Positions 28,534 to 38,183 of a stretch of DNA of 64,000 nucleotides are shown piece by piece. The stretch spans positions 832,001-896,000 of the forward strand of contig CAXXFL010000001.1 of the NCBI GenBank assembly GCA_963674965.2. The letters run 5' to 3'. The stretch's first letter is position 1. Each line of letters starts with the position of its first letter. Position numbers and translations under genes: made by a program. The DNA comes from a bacterium (GTDB lineage Bacteria > RBG-13-61-14 > DATKZS01). Below the pieces are notes generated by a model. The model was not told the DNA's origin. It ran no database searches and saw only the letters and a list, made by a program, of their open reading frames with translations.

Positions 28534-29598
28534 TCATCCTCCCTTGCCGCCGGTAAAGGACTCGATAAGATCGAGAACTTCGGGAGATCTCCGGACCAGC
28601 TCGAGCGCGTACTCGGCGTGACCTCTCGCGTACCCGTTGCCGATGATCATGTTCACGTCCTTGCCGACGCCCTCCGCTCCGAGGGCGGCCCTGGTAAAGG
28701 ACGTGGCCATGCCGAAGAAATAGATAGTTCCCCCCTCACGGCACGACAGCACCGAGGCCATTTCCGTGTCCGGCGAATTGACGCAATTGATTACCAGGTC
28801 CGCCATCTTGCCGTCCGTTAGCCTCTCAACCTCTGAGTGACAAAACAGTGGATCGGCCGCGTCCACGATGGAGTATTCGTCGATCAGCCCGGCATTTTTC
28901 AGGCGCTCTAGCTTTTTCCCTGACCTCGAGAAGCCGATCACGAAGCCGTCTTTCTCCATCACGTTTTTGGCCACCCTCGAGCAAAGAACGCCCGATTTGC
29001 CCGAGGCCCCGAGGATCAGGACCGTCATGCCCTTTCGCGCCAGCCGACTCGTCTGGATGGGCGCGCCGCACACGTCGAGCACGGACAGGGCCGCCCGCTC
29101 GGGAATATCCTCGGGTAGCCCGGCGATGACCCCGCTCTGGAAAATAATCGCGTGGCCCTCAACCTGTACCTGATCGGAATTGGTATCCACGTTCAGGATG
29201 GCGTCAATCTTCAGTGGCGTCAGGGACAGAGAAACCAGACTCGCCACTTTATCCCCATCCTTCACGCCGCGATCGGGCGCCGCGCTTCCGATTTGGACCA
29301 CCTCTCCCATCAGCATCCCGCCCGAGCCGGTGACGGGGTTTTGCAGCTTTCCCCTTTGCCCGACTATCTCGAGTATGGTTTGCTTTATCTTCTCGACGTC
29401 GCCGCCGGCTTGTTTATGAATCTGGGCGAAGCTGGCCGAGTCCACGTTCAAGGTGCTGACCTTTATCATGGTCTCGCCGGCCCAGACGCGGCTCATGTCA
29501 TTATCCAGCTTGAGCGCGGGCTGGGGCAGCGATCCCTTCGGCTCGACGACCCGATGCGACCCGTAAGGACAGCCGCCTGAAATTTCCTTGACCCTCAT
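28534..29598 (-). CDS. kdd: L-erythro-3,5-diaminohexanoate dehydrogenase
   Basis: GCPYGSHRV, LNVDSASF, QNPVTGSGGM, SLVSLSLTP, LGAEGVGKD; context. Confidence 0.95.
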   Translation of the reverse strand: MRVKEISGGCPYGSHRVVEPKGSLPQPALKLDNDMSRVWAGETMIKVSTLNVDSASFAQIHKQAGGDVEKIKQTILEIVGQRGKLQNPVTGSGGMLMGEVVQIGSAAPDRGVKDGDKVASLVSLSLTPLKIDAILNVDTNSDQVQVEGHAIIFQSGVIAGLPEDIPERAALSVLDVCGAPIQTSRLARKGMTVLILGASGKSGVLCSRVAKNVMEKDGFVIGFSRSGKKLERLKNAGLIDEYSIVDAADPLFCHSEVERLTDGKMADLVINCVNSPDTEMASVLSCREGGTIYFFGMATSFTRAALGAEGVGKDVNMIIGNGYARGHAEYALELVRRSPEVLDLIESFTGGKGG

Positions 29599-30431
29599 TT
29601 CACTTTACTCCTTGCCTTGCAAAGGCCCAGCGCCTCGCGCGTTTCGCGCGGCGTGGCTATTTCGAAACCAAGCTCGCGAGTCACCCTGGCGGCCCGTTCC
29701 ACGAGCTGGGCATTGTCGCGAGCCAGGGTCTTGGGCGCGTAGTAAACGTTGTCCTCGAAGCCGGTCCGGATATTGCCTCCGCCCGCCAGCGCCCCGGCCA
29801 GGGCCGATATCGAGCCTCTTCCCCCGATACCGATGGCGGTCCATAACGAGCCCGGCGGCAACCTGTCAACCATGGCGGCCAAGCTGGAAAGACTCGCGTC
29901 AAGGCCGCCCGGGACCCCCAGCACCAGGCCATAATAATAAGGCCCCTCCACCAGTCCCTCCCGGATGAGGACCTTCGAGGCCTCGAGGTGGGAAAGGTCG
30001 AAACACTCGAGGGTCGGCTTTATTCCCTTTTCCTTCATCTCCGCCGCCGCCCTTCTCATCATGGGAAGAGTGTTGACGATGTAGTCGTCGCCGAAGTTGA
30101 CGGTCCCGCAGTCAAGGGACGCCATCTCGGGATGGAGCTTAAGAGGAGCCAGCCGCTCCTCCAGGCTCATGCCGACCGCGCCGCCGGTGGTCACCTCGAT
30201 GACGGCGTCGCACTCGGCCTCAATCATCCCGATGGCGCGGCGGAAGGTATCCGCGTCCTGCGTGGGTCGGCCCTTTTCATCCCTGACATGGAGATGGATT
30301 ATCGAGGCCCCGGCCGCGCAGGCGTCAGCCGAGGCTCGGGCTATCTCCTCGGGAGTGACGGGCAGGGCCGGGTTTTGCTCGGTCGTGGTTTCCGCTCCCG
30401 TTACGGCGCAGGTGATGATTATTTTTTTCAT
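29595..30431 (-). CDS. kce: 3-keto-5-aminohexanoate cleavage enzyme (BKACE)
   Basis: IITCAVTGAE, IHLHVRD, TGG, CGTVNFG, RTGFEDN; ATGA coupling to kdd. Confidence 0.92.
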   Translation of the reverse strand: MKKIIITCAVTGAETTTEQNPALPVTPEEIARASADACAAGASIIHLHVRDEKGRPTQDADTFRRAIGMIEAECDAVIEVTTGGAVGMSLEERLAPLKLHPEMASLDCGTVNFGDDYIVNTLPMMRRAAAEMKEKGIKPTLECFDLSHLEASKVLIREGLVEGPYYYGLVLGVPGGLDASLSSLAAMVDRLPPGSLWTAIGIGGRGSISALAGALAGGGNIRTGFEDNVYYAPKTLARDNAQLVERAARVTRELGFEIATPRETREALGLCKARSKVK

Positions 30432-30500
30432 GTTTCCTCCCTTGTCGGCCGGCGGTTGATTATTATTTTCGGTATCGCGTCGCCGTCCCGCCCAAGCAAT

Positions 30501-30549
30501 TAGTAACCACTCAAGTAGCTACTATATAGCAAATCCTATCGGGCGTCAA
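30501..30549 (-). promoter_or_regulatory. Putative promoter of the kce-kamE operon with overlapping 24-bp palindromic operator
   Basis: Minus strand TTGACG (30549-30544)-17 bp-TATAGT (30526-30521); palindrome TAGTAACCAC-TCAA-GTAGCTACTA at 30501-30524. Confidence 0.7.
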
Positions 30550-30644
30550 GATAATTTTTAAGGCGAGCGATATTTTTCTTTCTTTGCAAATTACCGATAT
30601 ATAAGGCTAATCGCCTTAATCACGACGGAGCGGCTCGTTTTTTC

Positions 30645-30694
30645 TTGCCTTTTCAAAATTTCTCGTGCTATAGTGGCTACGATGGAAGTCACTA
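30645..30694 (+). promoter_or_regulatory. Putative promoter of the TrmB-family operon with overlapping 24-bp palindromic operator
   Basis: TTGCCT-18 bp-TATAGT with TG extension; palindrome TAGTGGCTAC-GATG-GAAGTCACTA at 30671-30694. Confidence 0.7.
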
Positions 30695-30705
30695 AGGGAG
30701 CATAA

Positions 30706-31542
30706 ATGGACGACTCGTTAAAATCGCTCACCGCCATCGGCTTCAGCGAGTATGAGGCCAAGGCCTACGGCGCCCTGTTGGTCGAGTCTCCGGCCAACGG
30801 TTACCAGATATCCAAGCTCAGCGGGGTCCCCCGCGCCAAGATATACGAGTGCCTCGAGCGGCTGGCCATGCGGGGGGCCGTGGTGAGAGTCGACTCGCCC
30901 GACCCCGAGGCCCGGCTCTACGCTCCCACCGACCCCAACGAGCTTATCCGCGACATGGAGAAGAACCTGGGGTCCGCCCTCGAGCGGGCCCGGGAGAGCC
31001 TAAACAAGTTAAAGAGCGACCCGAGCGTGGTCGAGGTCCTCTGGCGCGTCACCTCCCAGCGTGACCTGGTGGCCAAGGGAAGGACCCTGACCGGCGAGGC
31101 CCGGCGGACCTTGCACGTGGCCCTGTGGGACGAGGAGTTCGACTCCCTCCTTCCCGACCTCGAAAGAGCGGCGGAAAGGGGCCTTAAAATGGCGCTGGTC
31201 CTGTACGGAAAACACGCGGGACTGCAAAGGCTCCAGGATTACGGGGTGGGCGCCATACTTCACGGCCGCGTGAAAAGGCAGGCCATCCCGGTGATGGGCC
31301 GCCAGTTCGCGCTTGTGTCCGACGGGGAGCGCTGCATAACCGGGTCGATTTTCGAGGACGACAAGGTGGAGGGCGTCTTCACCATGAACAAGGGCCTGGT
31401 GACCAACGCGGTCGATCTGGTAAACCACGAGATATATCTCGAGCGGATTATCCTGGCCGAGGGGGACGTCATCCTCAAGAGATTCGGCAAAAACCTCCAG
31501 CGCCTTGACGCCTTCGACTCGCCTTTCAAGGACGTTAAATAA
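30706..31542 (+). CDS. TrmB-family transcriptional regulator
   Basis: GFSEYEAKAY.ALL...NGYQISKLSGVPRAKIYE wHTH; C-terminal effector domain ending LVNHEIY. Confidence 0.9.
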   Translation: MDDSLKSLTAIGFSEYEAKAYGALLVESPANGYQISKLSGVPRAKIYECLERLAMRGAVVRVDSPDPEARLYAPTDPNELIRDMEKNLGSALERARESLNKLKSDPSVVEVLWRVTSQRDLVAKGRTLTGEARRTLHVALWDEEFDSLLPDLERAAERGLKMALVLYGKHAGLQRLQDYGVGAILHGRVKRQAIPVMGRQFALVSDGERCITGSIFEDDKVEGVFTMNKGLVTNAVDLVNHEIYLERIILAEGDVILKRFGKNLQRLDAFDSPFKDVK

Positions 31543-31589
31543 CTCGCCCTCTTGGGGGCTCATTCTATTAAGACGATGGGGAGGACTTC

Positions 31590-32792
31590 ATGACGGATAG
31601 CAATAACTCGGCCGGACCCAGGGTAATAAAAATCGAAATGACGCCGGTCCACGTTCCCTTCCGCGAGATCGTGCGGGAGACCATGCAGGCGGGCCCGGGC
31701 GGCCTGGGCATGATGATACCCAGCGAGGAGCCCTGGCTGGGAGGAGACTTCGTCATCTGCCGTCTCGAGGCGGAGGACGGGAGCGTGGGCCTGGGCGAGG
31801 CCTTCGTCTGGCTGGCCGAGACGGGCATATCGCCGGACCAGGTTATTGACGGGGCGGCGGGCGCCTTAAGCGGTTACGTGCTTAGCCAGAGCCCGTTCAA
31901 CGTCGAGGCCATCAGGCAAAGGATGGACGCCAACGTGACCCGCACCGAGGTGGCCAAGGGCATGCTCGATATGGCGCTCTACGACCTGATGGGCCGGATC
32001 ACTAAAAGGTCGGCCTGCGAGTTCATGGGCGGGATGACGGTGAGCGAGGTCCCCCTTTGCGCCATGGTTCCACTTATGGCGGTGGACTCCATGGTCTACT
32101 TCGCCAAGGCTTTTCACGATAGCGGCTTTCGTTCCATCCGTGTGAAGCTGGGCAAGAGCGTGACGGAGGACGTCAAGATCATCGGCGCCATGAGGGAGGA
32201 GTTGGGCTACTCGGTCCGAATAAGGGTCGACTACAACCAGGCCTATTCCCCGGCCCAGGCGGTAAGGGCCATCAAGGCCATCGAGCCCTTCGCCATAGAC
32301 TGCGCCGAGCAGCCGGTACGGGCGGCCGACTTCGTGGGCATGGCCTACGTGCAAAAAAGGGTGGACACGCCCCTCTTCGCGCATGAGGGCCAGTTCTCGA
32401 TCACCGACATAACCTCCCTGATCGAAATGGGGGCCATCGAGGTAGTGGGAATAAACGCGGAAAGACCGGGCGGCGTGACCAACGCCCTCCGCGCCATCAA
32501 CTACGCGGAGATGAAAGGGCTCGGGTCCCTCATCCATAACCAGTCGCTGGGGATCGGGTCGGCCATGCAGATTCATCTGGCCGCGGCCAAGCATTTCTCT
32601 CTTGGACACGACACCGACCTTTTCGGGCACGTCATGATGGAGCACGACCTTTTGACTCAGCCGATCGACTACGACAAGGGAACGGCCGCCGTGCCAACGG
32701 GTCCCGGCTGGGGCGTCGAGTTGGATATGGACGCCCTCGATAAGTACGCCGCCGGGCCTACGGTCAAGGTCGAGGCGAAAAAGACCGCCTGA
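31590..32792 (+). CDS. Enolase-superfamily (mandelate racemase/muconate-lactonizing) enzyme, non-canonical active site
   Basis: GLGEA, DMALYDL capping domain; RVK, DYNQ, EQP, AHE, PTGPGWGV. Confidence 0.85.
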   Translation: MTDSNNSAGPRVIKIEMTPVHVPFREIVRETMQAGPGGLGMMIPSEEPWLGGDFVICRLEAEDGSVGLGEAFVWLAETGISPDQVIDGAAGALSGYVLSQSPFNVEAIRQRMDANVTRTEVAKGMLDMALYDLMGRITKRSACEFMGGMTVSEVPLCAMVPLMAVDSMVYFAKAFHDSGFRSIRVKLGKSVTEDVKIIGAMREELGYSVRIRVDYNQAYSPAQAVRAIKAIEPFAIDCAEQPVRAADFVGMAYVQKRVDTPLFAHEGQFSITDITSLIEMGAIEVVGINAERPGGVTNALRAINYAEMKGLGSLIHNQSLGIGSAMQIHLAAAKHFSLGHDTDLFGHVMMEHDLLTQPIDYDKGTAAVPTGPGWGVELDMDALDKYAAGPTVKVEAKKTA

Positions 32793-32832
32793 AATGGCGA
32801 GTCCCGTTCTTTCCGTAAGCGGTATTCGATAA

Positions 32833-34302
32833 ATGGGTCCCATCGGAGTTTACGACGTAATAATAATAGCGGCCTACCTGGGCGCCATGCTGGGCGTGGG
32901 CATATGGTCGTCCCGCAAGATCAAGGACCTTACCGACTTCGCCCTGGCCGGCAAATCACTCGGATACCCGGTCATGATCGGGACCCTGGTGGGAGCTGCC
33001 ATTGGCGCGGCGTCCACCTTCGGCAAGGCGGGCAAGGCCTACCACGTGGGTTCCTTTTTCTTCCTCGCCACAATGGGATACGCCATCGGCCTGGCACTGT
33101 TCGGCGTATTCTCCAGGCGCCTGCGCCGGGCCGGTATCTGGACCATACCCGACGCCATCCGCGCCCGCTACGGCAAGGGCATGGAGATCATTATGGGGGC
33201 CGTCATGCTGGTGGCCGTAATAGCCGTTTTCGGCGGCCAGATAATCGGCATGGGCGCCATTTTCTCGTCCATAGGCGGAACATACGGTCTGACTTACAAG
33301 TCCTCGATAATAATCGCCGGGGCGGTGATCGTGTTCTACACCCTGGTGGGAGGCCTTTTCGCGGTGGCCTATACGGACCTCATCCAGTCGGCCATCATGC
33401 TCGTGGGAATAGGCATCATCCTGCCGGTGGCCGTGACCTCCAAGGCAGTCGAGGCCGGAATAGTCTGGGACGCCTTAATCCCCGAGCCGGGCAACCTGCT
33501 GGGAGGAATGACGCCCCTTTACGTCGTCTCCATTTTCCTCATCGACGTTCCCTTTTGCCTGGTCGATCCCAGCCTCTGGCAAAGGGCCAACGCGGCCAGG
33601 ACCGGCCGGGTGGCCCAGAGGTCGGCCTTCGTCACCAGCGGCGTCTATATCTGGTGGTCCTTTATCTGCGTGCTCCTGGGCGTTCTGGGAGCGGCGCTTA
33701 TACCGGACGTCTCAGAGCGGCTGGGAAGCTCGGACGCCGTCATCCCGGCCCTCACCATTAAATACCTGCCGCCCGCGGCCGTGGGGCTTTGCCTTAGCGG
33801 ACTTATGGCCGTCATGATGAGCACGGCCTCGGTGGTTCTCCTTATTACCGGCACCACCTTGTCCAACGACCTGGTCAAGCCGCTCCGGCCTGAGATCAGC
33901 GAAAAGGGACTTTTAATCTCCGCTCGGGTCACGGTCCTTATCGTGGGAATCCTGGGCATTATCTTCGCCCTTTTCGCCAAGAATATTTTCGATCTGCTGC
34001 TCTTGGCATTCGCCATCTATATCTCCGGCGTTTTCTTTCCCACCATGGCCGCTCTATATTGGGATAAGGCCACGAAGACGGGCGCGGCCGTGAGCGCCGT
34101 GGCCGCCACGCTTACCGTGTCCGCCCTCTACGGACTCAAGGAGTTCGGCGTGCCGATGCCCTTTGGAGTCGAGCCCATCATGATAAGTCTTATCGTCAGC
34201 TTTGTCTCGATGTACGCGGTGAGCGTCATGACGTACGACCCTGAAAAAGCCACGCCGAAAATTTTCGGCGATAGCTTCCAAAAGAAAGGAGACGCCGAGT
34301 AA
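32833..34302 (+). CDS. Sodium:solute symporter family protein
   Basis: DFALAGKSL, YTLVGGLFAVAYTDLIQ, WQRANAA, AVMMST; many TM helices. Confidence 0.92.
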   Translation: MGPIGVYDVIIIAAYLGAMLGVGIWSSRKIKDLTDFALAGKSLGYPVMIGTLVGAAIGAASTFGKAGKAYHVGSFFFLATMGYAIGLALFGVFSRRLRRAGIWTIPDAIRARYGKGMEIIMGAVMLVAVIAVFGGQIIGMGAIFSSIGGTYGLTYKSSIIIAGAVIVFYTLVGGLFAVAYTDLIQSAIMLVGIGIILPVAVTSKAVEAGIVWDALIPEPGNLLGGMTPLYVVSIFLIDVPFCLVDPSLWQRANAARTGRVAQRSAFVTSGVYIWWSFICVLLGVLGAALIPDVSERLGSSDAVIPALTIKYLPPAAVGLCLSGLMAVMMSTASVVLLITGTTLSNDLVKPLRPEISEKGLLISARVTVLIVGILGIIFALFAKNIFDLLLLAFAIYISGVFFPTMAALYWDKATKTGAAVSAVAATLTVSALYGLKEFGVPMPFGVEPIMISLIVSFVSMYAVSVMTYDPEKATPKIFGDSFQKKGDAE

Positions 34303-35459
34303 TGTCCGAGAAAAACAGGGACCTCACTCTTTTAGAGGCGTCATCCATCGTGGCCGGCCTGGGCCTGGGCGGCGGGGTGATGGGCGTTCCCTATTTAGCC
34401 TCGATGAACGGCCTGGCCCAGGTCCTTAGCCTCATGGCGGTCGCCTACGGCGCCAGCGTTCTTCTCCACTTGATGGTGGCCGAGATGGTTGTTCGGGACG
34501 GCGAGGACCTGCAACTGGTCGAGATTTTCGGGAAGTACCTTTTTAGGGGGAAGGCGGGGGTCCTCTTCACCTGGTCGTTCTTCGGGCTGGTAGCGGTCTC
34601 GTTCTACGGTCTCTTGGCGGCTTATATTACGGGCTGCGGAGAAATACTCACGGAGCTGACCGGGCTAAACCTGATATTGTCCGAGCTTGTAACCTACGCC
34701 GTTGCCGCGGGAGTCGTCTTCTTTGGGCTCAAGGCGGTGGGATTCATCGAGAAGTACGCCATGATAGGCATCTTTCTTCTGGTCCTTGCCCTTTGCGTCG
34801 CCTCGCTTGGAGGGACGCTGAACGCCATCCCCTCGATTAAGGGCGGCGTGAAGGAAGGCCTTGCCCTTTTCGGCATGGTCATGTTCAGCTTCTCCTGTTT
34901 CTTCAGCGTGCCCCAGGCCGTGGCCGGTTTAAAGCACGATCGGCGTCTTATTCCGGGAGCGGTGATACTCGGGATCAGCATCAACTTCGCCCTGGTCCTT
35001 GTCGTCACGCTGGCGGCTATTTACGTCTCGAAAGAGGTTACCAAGATAGCCATCATCGGATGGGGTGAAGCATTGGGAGAGTGGGCCTCGGTGACCGGCT
35101 CGATATTCGTTTCTCTCGCCATGCTTACCACTTTCTGGGCCGTGTCCTACGCCCTGGCCGTCATCGCCAAGGAGCGGCTCGGATGGGGGGACAGGCGATC
35201 ATGGCTGGCGGCCACCTTGCCATCCTTAATAGTCGCCATGATCGGCCTGACGGATTTTCTCGGATACCTCCGCCTGGTGGGAGGCGCCATGGCCATAATG
35301 GTCGCCCTCCTGGTCGTGCCCGTCTTGAGAAAGACCCGGAGGCTGAATCCGGACAACCTCGATTACGACATGGGCTTCTTCGGACAAACGCCCTTCCAGG
35401 CGCTGGTCATACTGGCATACGTGCTCATGGCCATCGGCTCGGTCGTGACTATCGAATAA
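34302..35459 (+). CDS. Amino acid permease (TyrP/HAAAP-like)
   Basis: EASSIVAG..LGGGVMGVPY TM1 motif; ~11 hydrophobic helices. Confidence 0.8.
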   Translation: MSEKNRDLTLLEASSIVAGLGLGGGVMGVPYLASMNGLAQVLSLMAVAYGASVLLHLMVAEMVVRDGEDLQLVEIFGKYLFRGKAGVLFTWSFFGLVAVSFYGLLAAYITGCGEILTELTGLNLILSELVTYAVAAGVVFFGLKAVGFIEKYAMIGIFLLVLALCVASLGGTLNAIPSIKGGVKEGLALFGMVMFSFSCFFSVPQAVAGLKHDRRLIPGAVILGISINFALVLVVTLAAIYVSKEVTKIAIIGWGEALGEWASVTGSIFVSLAMLTTFWAVSYALAVIAKERLGWGDRRSWLAATLPSLIVAMIGLTDFLGYLRLVGGAMAIMVALLVVPVLRKTRRLNPDNLDYDMGFFGQTPFQALVILAYVLMAIGSVVTIE

Positions 35460-35488
35460 AGGACAAGGGAAAGCAAAAGGAACAAATC

Positions 35489-37090
35489 ATGGACGAAGAA
35501 AACCTTTTAATTCACGGCGGCGAGATAATAACCATGGATGAGTCCGCCCCCTCGGCCGAGGCGGTCGCGGTTCAAAAGGGGACCATCGCCCGCGTCGGCT
35601 CGGCCAAGGATTGCCGTGAGGCTCTCGGCGCCGACTTCGAGGACATAGACCTCGAGGGACGAGTGCTGGCGCCGGGATTCATCGACACGCACCTTCATCC
35701 AGTGTTGATGGTCTACTTCGATCTAAACGTGGACTTGCGCGGCATTAAGAGCATGGGAGAACTGAAAGACAGGATTCGAAAAATGGCCGACTCCGATCCC
35801 TCGGCTCAGTGGATCGTGGGTCTCCAGTTCGACGAGCAGGAACTCGAGACCCCGAGACTGCCCGACCGCCGCGACCTGGACGAGGCCTGCTCCGACCGCC
35901 CTGTCGTCGTGATCAAGCATGACGGCCACATGGTGATAACCAATACCAGGGCCATCGAGGCCTGCGAGGTGGGGCCGGAAACGTTCGACCCGGAGGGCGG
36001 CGTGATCGAGCGGGAAAAGGACGGCGGGGCGAACGGGCAGTTCCGCGAGACGGCCATGATGATCCCGCTAAATAAGATGCCCCTGCCGGACCTGGACAAA
36101 TTGACCGCCGGCGCGAGAAAGACCTTTCTCAAGCTGGCGGCTTCAGGCATTACCTCGGTAGGGTCCGTGCTCCAGACCGGGGAGGAGGGACCGGCCGGGT
36201 CGTCGGGCAAGTTCGACGTTCTGGCCATGCAGATGCTTCTGACTCAAATCCCCATCAGCATGTATACGTTGCTTATAGCGGACGACGTCGCCAAGATCGG
36301 CGAGGTCAAAAAGACGGGCCTAGAATCGGGAGTACCCGGCGGTCACAAGATAGGGGGGATCAAGATTTTCTCGGACGGTTCCTTCGGCGCCTGCACCGCC
36401 TGCATGAGGGACCCATACTCGGACCAGCCGGATAAAAGCGGTTTTTTGGTTCGATCGGAGGAGGACATTTTCTCGAGGATGGCCGCCGCCCATCAGGCCG
36501 GATACCAGATCGCGACCCACGCCATCGGCGACAAGGCCAACCGCGTATGTATCGACCTTTATAAGAGACTGCTGAAGGAGATGCCAAGAGCGGACCATCG
36601 CCACCGCCTCGAGCACGCGTCGCTCCTTGACGCGGACATGATTAAGGACATGGCCCGGCTGGGACTTATCGTCTCGAGCCAGCCCCAGTTCATCCACTCG
36701 GAGAAACACTGGCTTCATAAACGGCTGGGACCTGAAAGGGCCAAATGGACCTATCCCTTCAGGTCGCTCGTTGCGGGCGGCGTAAAGGTGGCCGGGGCCT
36801 CGGACGCTCCGGTCGAGTCGGTGGACGTTTTGGACTCGATATACGTTTTAGCCACGCGGGAGGGCTTCGAGACGCGCCAGTGCATATCCGCGGCCGACGC
36901 CATGCGGATGTTTACCATTGACGCCGCCTACGCCCAGTTCGAGGACAAGGTGAAAGGCAGCATCAGCCAGGGCAAAAGGGCGGACATGATTATCCTCTCG
37001 GAGAATCCCATCACCTCGGCGCTCGATAAAATCCGCGGGATCAGGGTCTTGCGGACCTTCCACGGCGGAAAAACCATTTACGGGGAGTGA
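35489..37090 (+). CDS. YtcJ-like amidohydrolase (Amidohydro_3)
   Basis: PGFIDTHLH, KIFSDGS, HAIGD, RLEHA, ASDAPV, GKRAD; ATG at 35489. Confidence 0.9.
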   Translation: MDEENLLIHGGEIITMDESAPSAEAVAVQKGTIARVGSAKDCREALGADFEDIDLEGRVLAPGFIDTHLHPVLMVYFDLNVDLRGIKSMGELKDRIRKMADSDPSAQWIVGLQFDEQELETPRLPDRRDLDEACSDRPVVVIKHDGHMVITNTRAIEACEVGPETFDPEGGVIEREKDGGANGQFRETAMMIPLNKMPLPDLDKLTAGARKTFLKLAASGITSVGSVLQTGEEGPAGSSGKFDVLAMQMLLTQIPISMYTLLIADDVAKIGEVKKTGLESGVPGGHKIGGIKIFSDGSFGACTACMRDPYSDQPDKSGFLVRSEEDIFSRMAAAHQAGYQIATHAIGDKANRVCIDLYKRLLKEMPRADHRHRLEHASLLDADMIKDMARLGLIVSSQPQFIHSEKHWLHKRLGPERAKWTYPFRSLVAGGVKVAGASDAPVESVDVLDSIYVLATREGFETRQCISAADAMRMFTIDAAYAQFEDKVKGSISQGKRADMIILSENPITSALDKIRGIRVLRTFHGGKTIYGE

Positions 37091-38163
37091 GCCTGATGTC
37101 GGAACACGCGCTCCCCCTATTCAAGGCCTTTCCCAAGCTGGGGCAAAGGGCGCCTTACCTTTGGCTGGATACCGAGGTTACGCCCGTCCAAAGGCTTGCC
37201 GGCGTTTGGCCAGGAGGCCTTTACGTTAAAAGAGACGACCTCGTCTCCAAGGCCTTCGGGGGCAACAAGGTCAGGAAGCTCGAGTTCGCCCTGGCCGACG
37301 CCATAAAACAAGGAAAGACCAAAGTCGCGACCATGGGCGGGATCGGGACAAACCACGGCCTGGCCACGGCCATCTTCGCGAAAAAGCTCGGCCTCGATTG
37401 CGACCTTTACCTTTTTCCCCAGTTCGTGACCGAGTACGCGCGAGAGAACCTGAAGCTCATGCACTATTACGGCGCCCGGCTGATCCTGGCGGAAAACATG
37501 GCCGCCATGGGCGTCCGCTATTACCTTGCCGGCCTGATTGATCGAAGCGCCTATTTCATCTACGCCGGTGGCAGCTCGCCGCTCAGCACGCTGGGACTGG
37601 TGAACGCCGCGTTCGAGTTGAAGGCCCAGATCGAGGCCGGCCAGGCGCCCGAGCCCGGATACATCTTTTGTCCGACGGCCTCGAACGGGACCCTGGCCGG
37701 ATTAAGTCTTGGCGTCCAGTTGTCCGGCCTCAAGTCCAAGGTCGTGGGCGTCAGGGTGGGCGCGGCCAAAATGGGGCCGCTACATCTCAATACCATGAAG
37801 ACGGTAAAGTCCATGCAAAGGAAAACTCTCGAGCTGATGAATAGGCTGGACCCGAGCGTTCCGAAAATCGAGGCCAGGCCGCCGCGTCTTCTTGATGAAT
37901 ACATCGGTGAAGGGTATGGCTTCCCGACCGAGGAGGGCAACCGGGCCCTCGCGCGGTTCCGGGACAAGGGAGAGATATATCTCGAGCCGGTTTACACGGC
38001 CAAGACCTGCGCCGCCCTACTCGACTTTATCGATATTGAAAACGGGAAGGCGGGTCCATATTTGTACTGGCAGACCAACAGCTCGGCCGACCTTGCGGCC
38101 GAGGCGGCTAGCGTCGATTACATGAGCATGCCAAGGGAGTTCCACAAGTTCTTTAAGGGCTGA
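37087..38163 (+). CDS. PLP enzyme of the D-cysteine desulfhydrase/ACC deaminase family
   Basis: [17 protein letters not shown] (PLP Lys), SNGT, GYG.PT, EPVYTAK. Confidence 0.88.
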   Translation: MSLMSEHALPLFKAFPKLGQRAPYLWLDTEVTPVQRLAGVWPGGLYVKRDDLVSKAFGGNKVRKLEFALADAIKQGKTKVATMGGIGTNHGLATAIFAKKLGLDCDLYLFPQFVTEYARENLKLMHYYGARLILAENMAAMGVRYYLAGLIDRSAYFIYAGGSSPLSTLGLVNAAFELKAQIEAGQAPEPGYIFCPTASNGTLAGLSLGVQLSGLKSKVVGVRVGAAKMGPLHLNTMKTVKSMQRKTLELMNRLDPSVPKIEARPPRLLDEYIGEGYGFPTEEGNRALARFRDKGEIYLEPVYTAKTCAALLDFIDIENGKAGPYLYWQTNSSADLAAEAASVDYMSMPREFHKFFKG

Positions 38164-38183
38164 GCTTCCCAGGGAGGAAGGAC

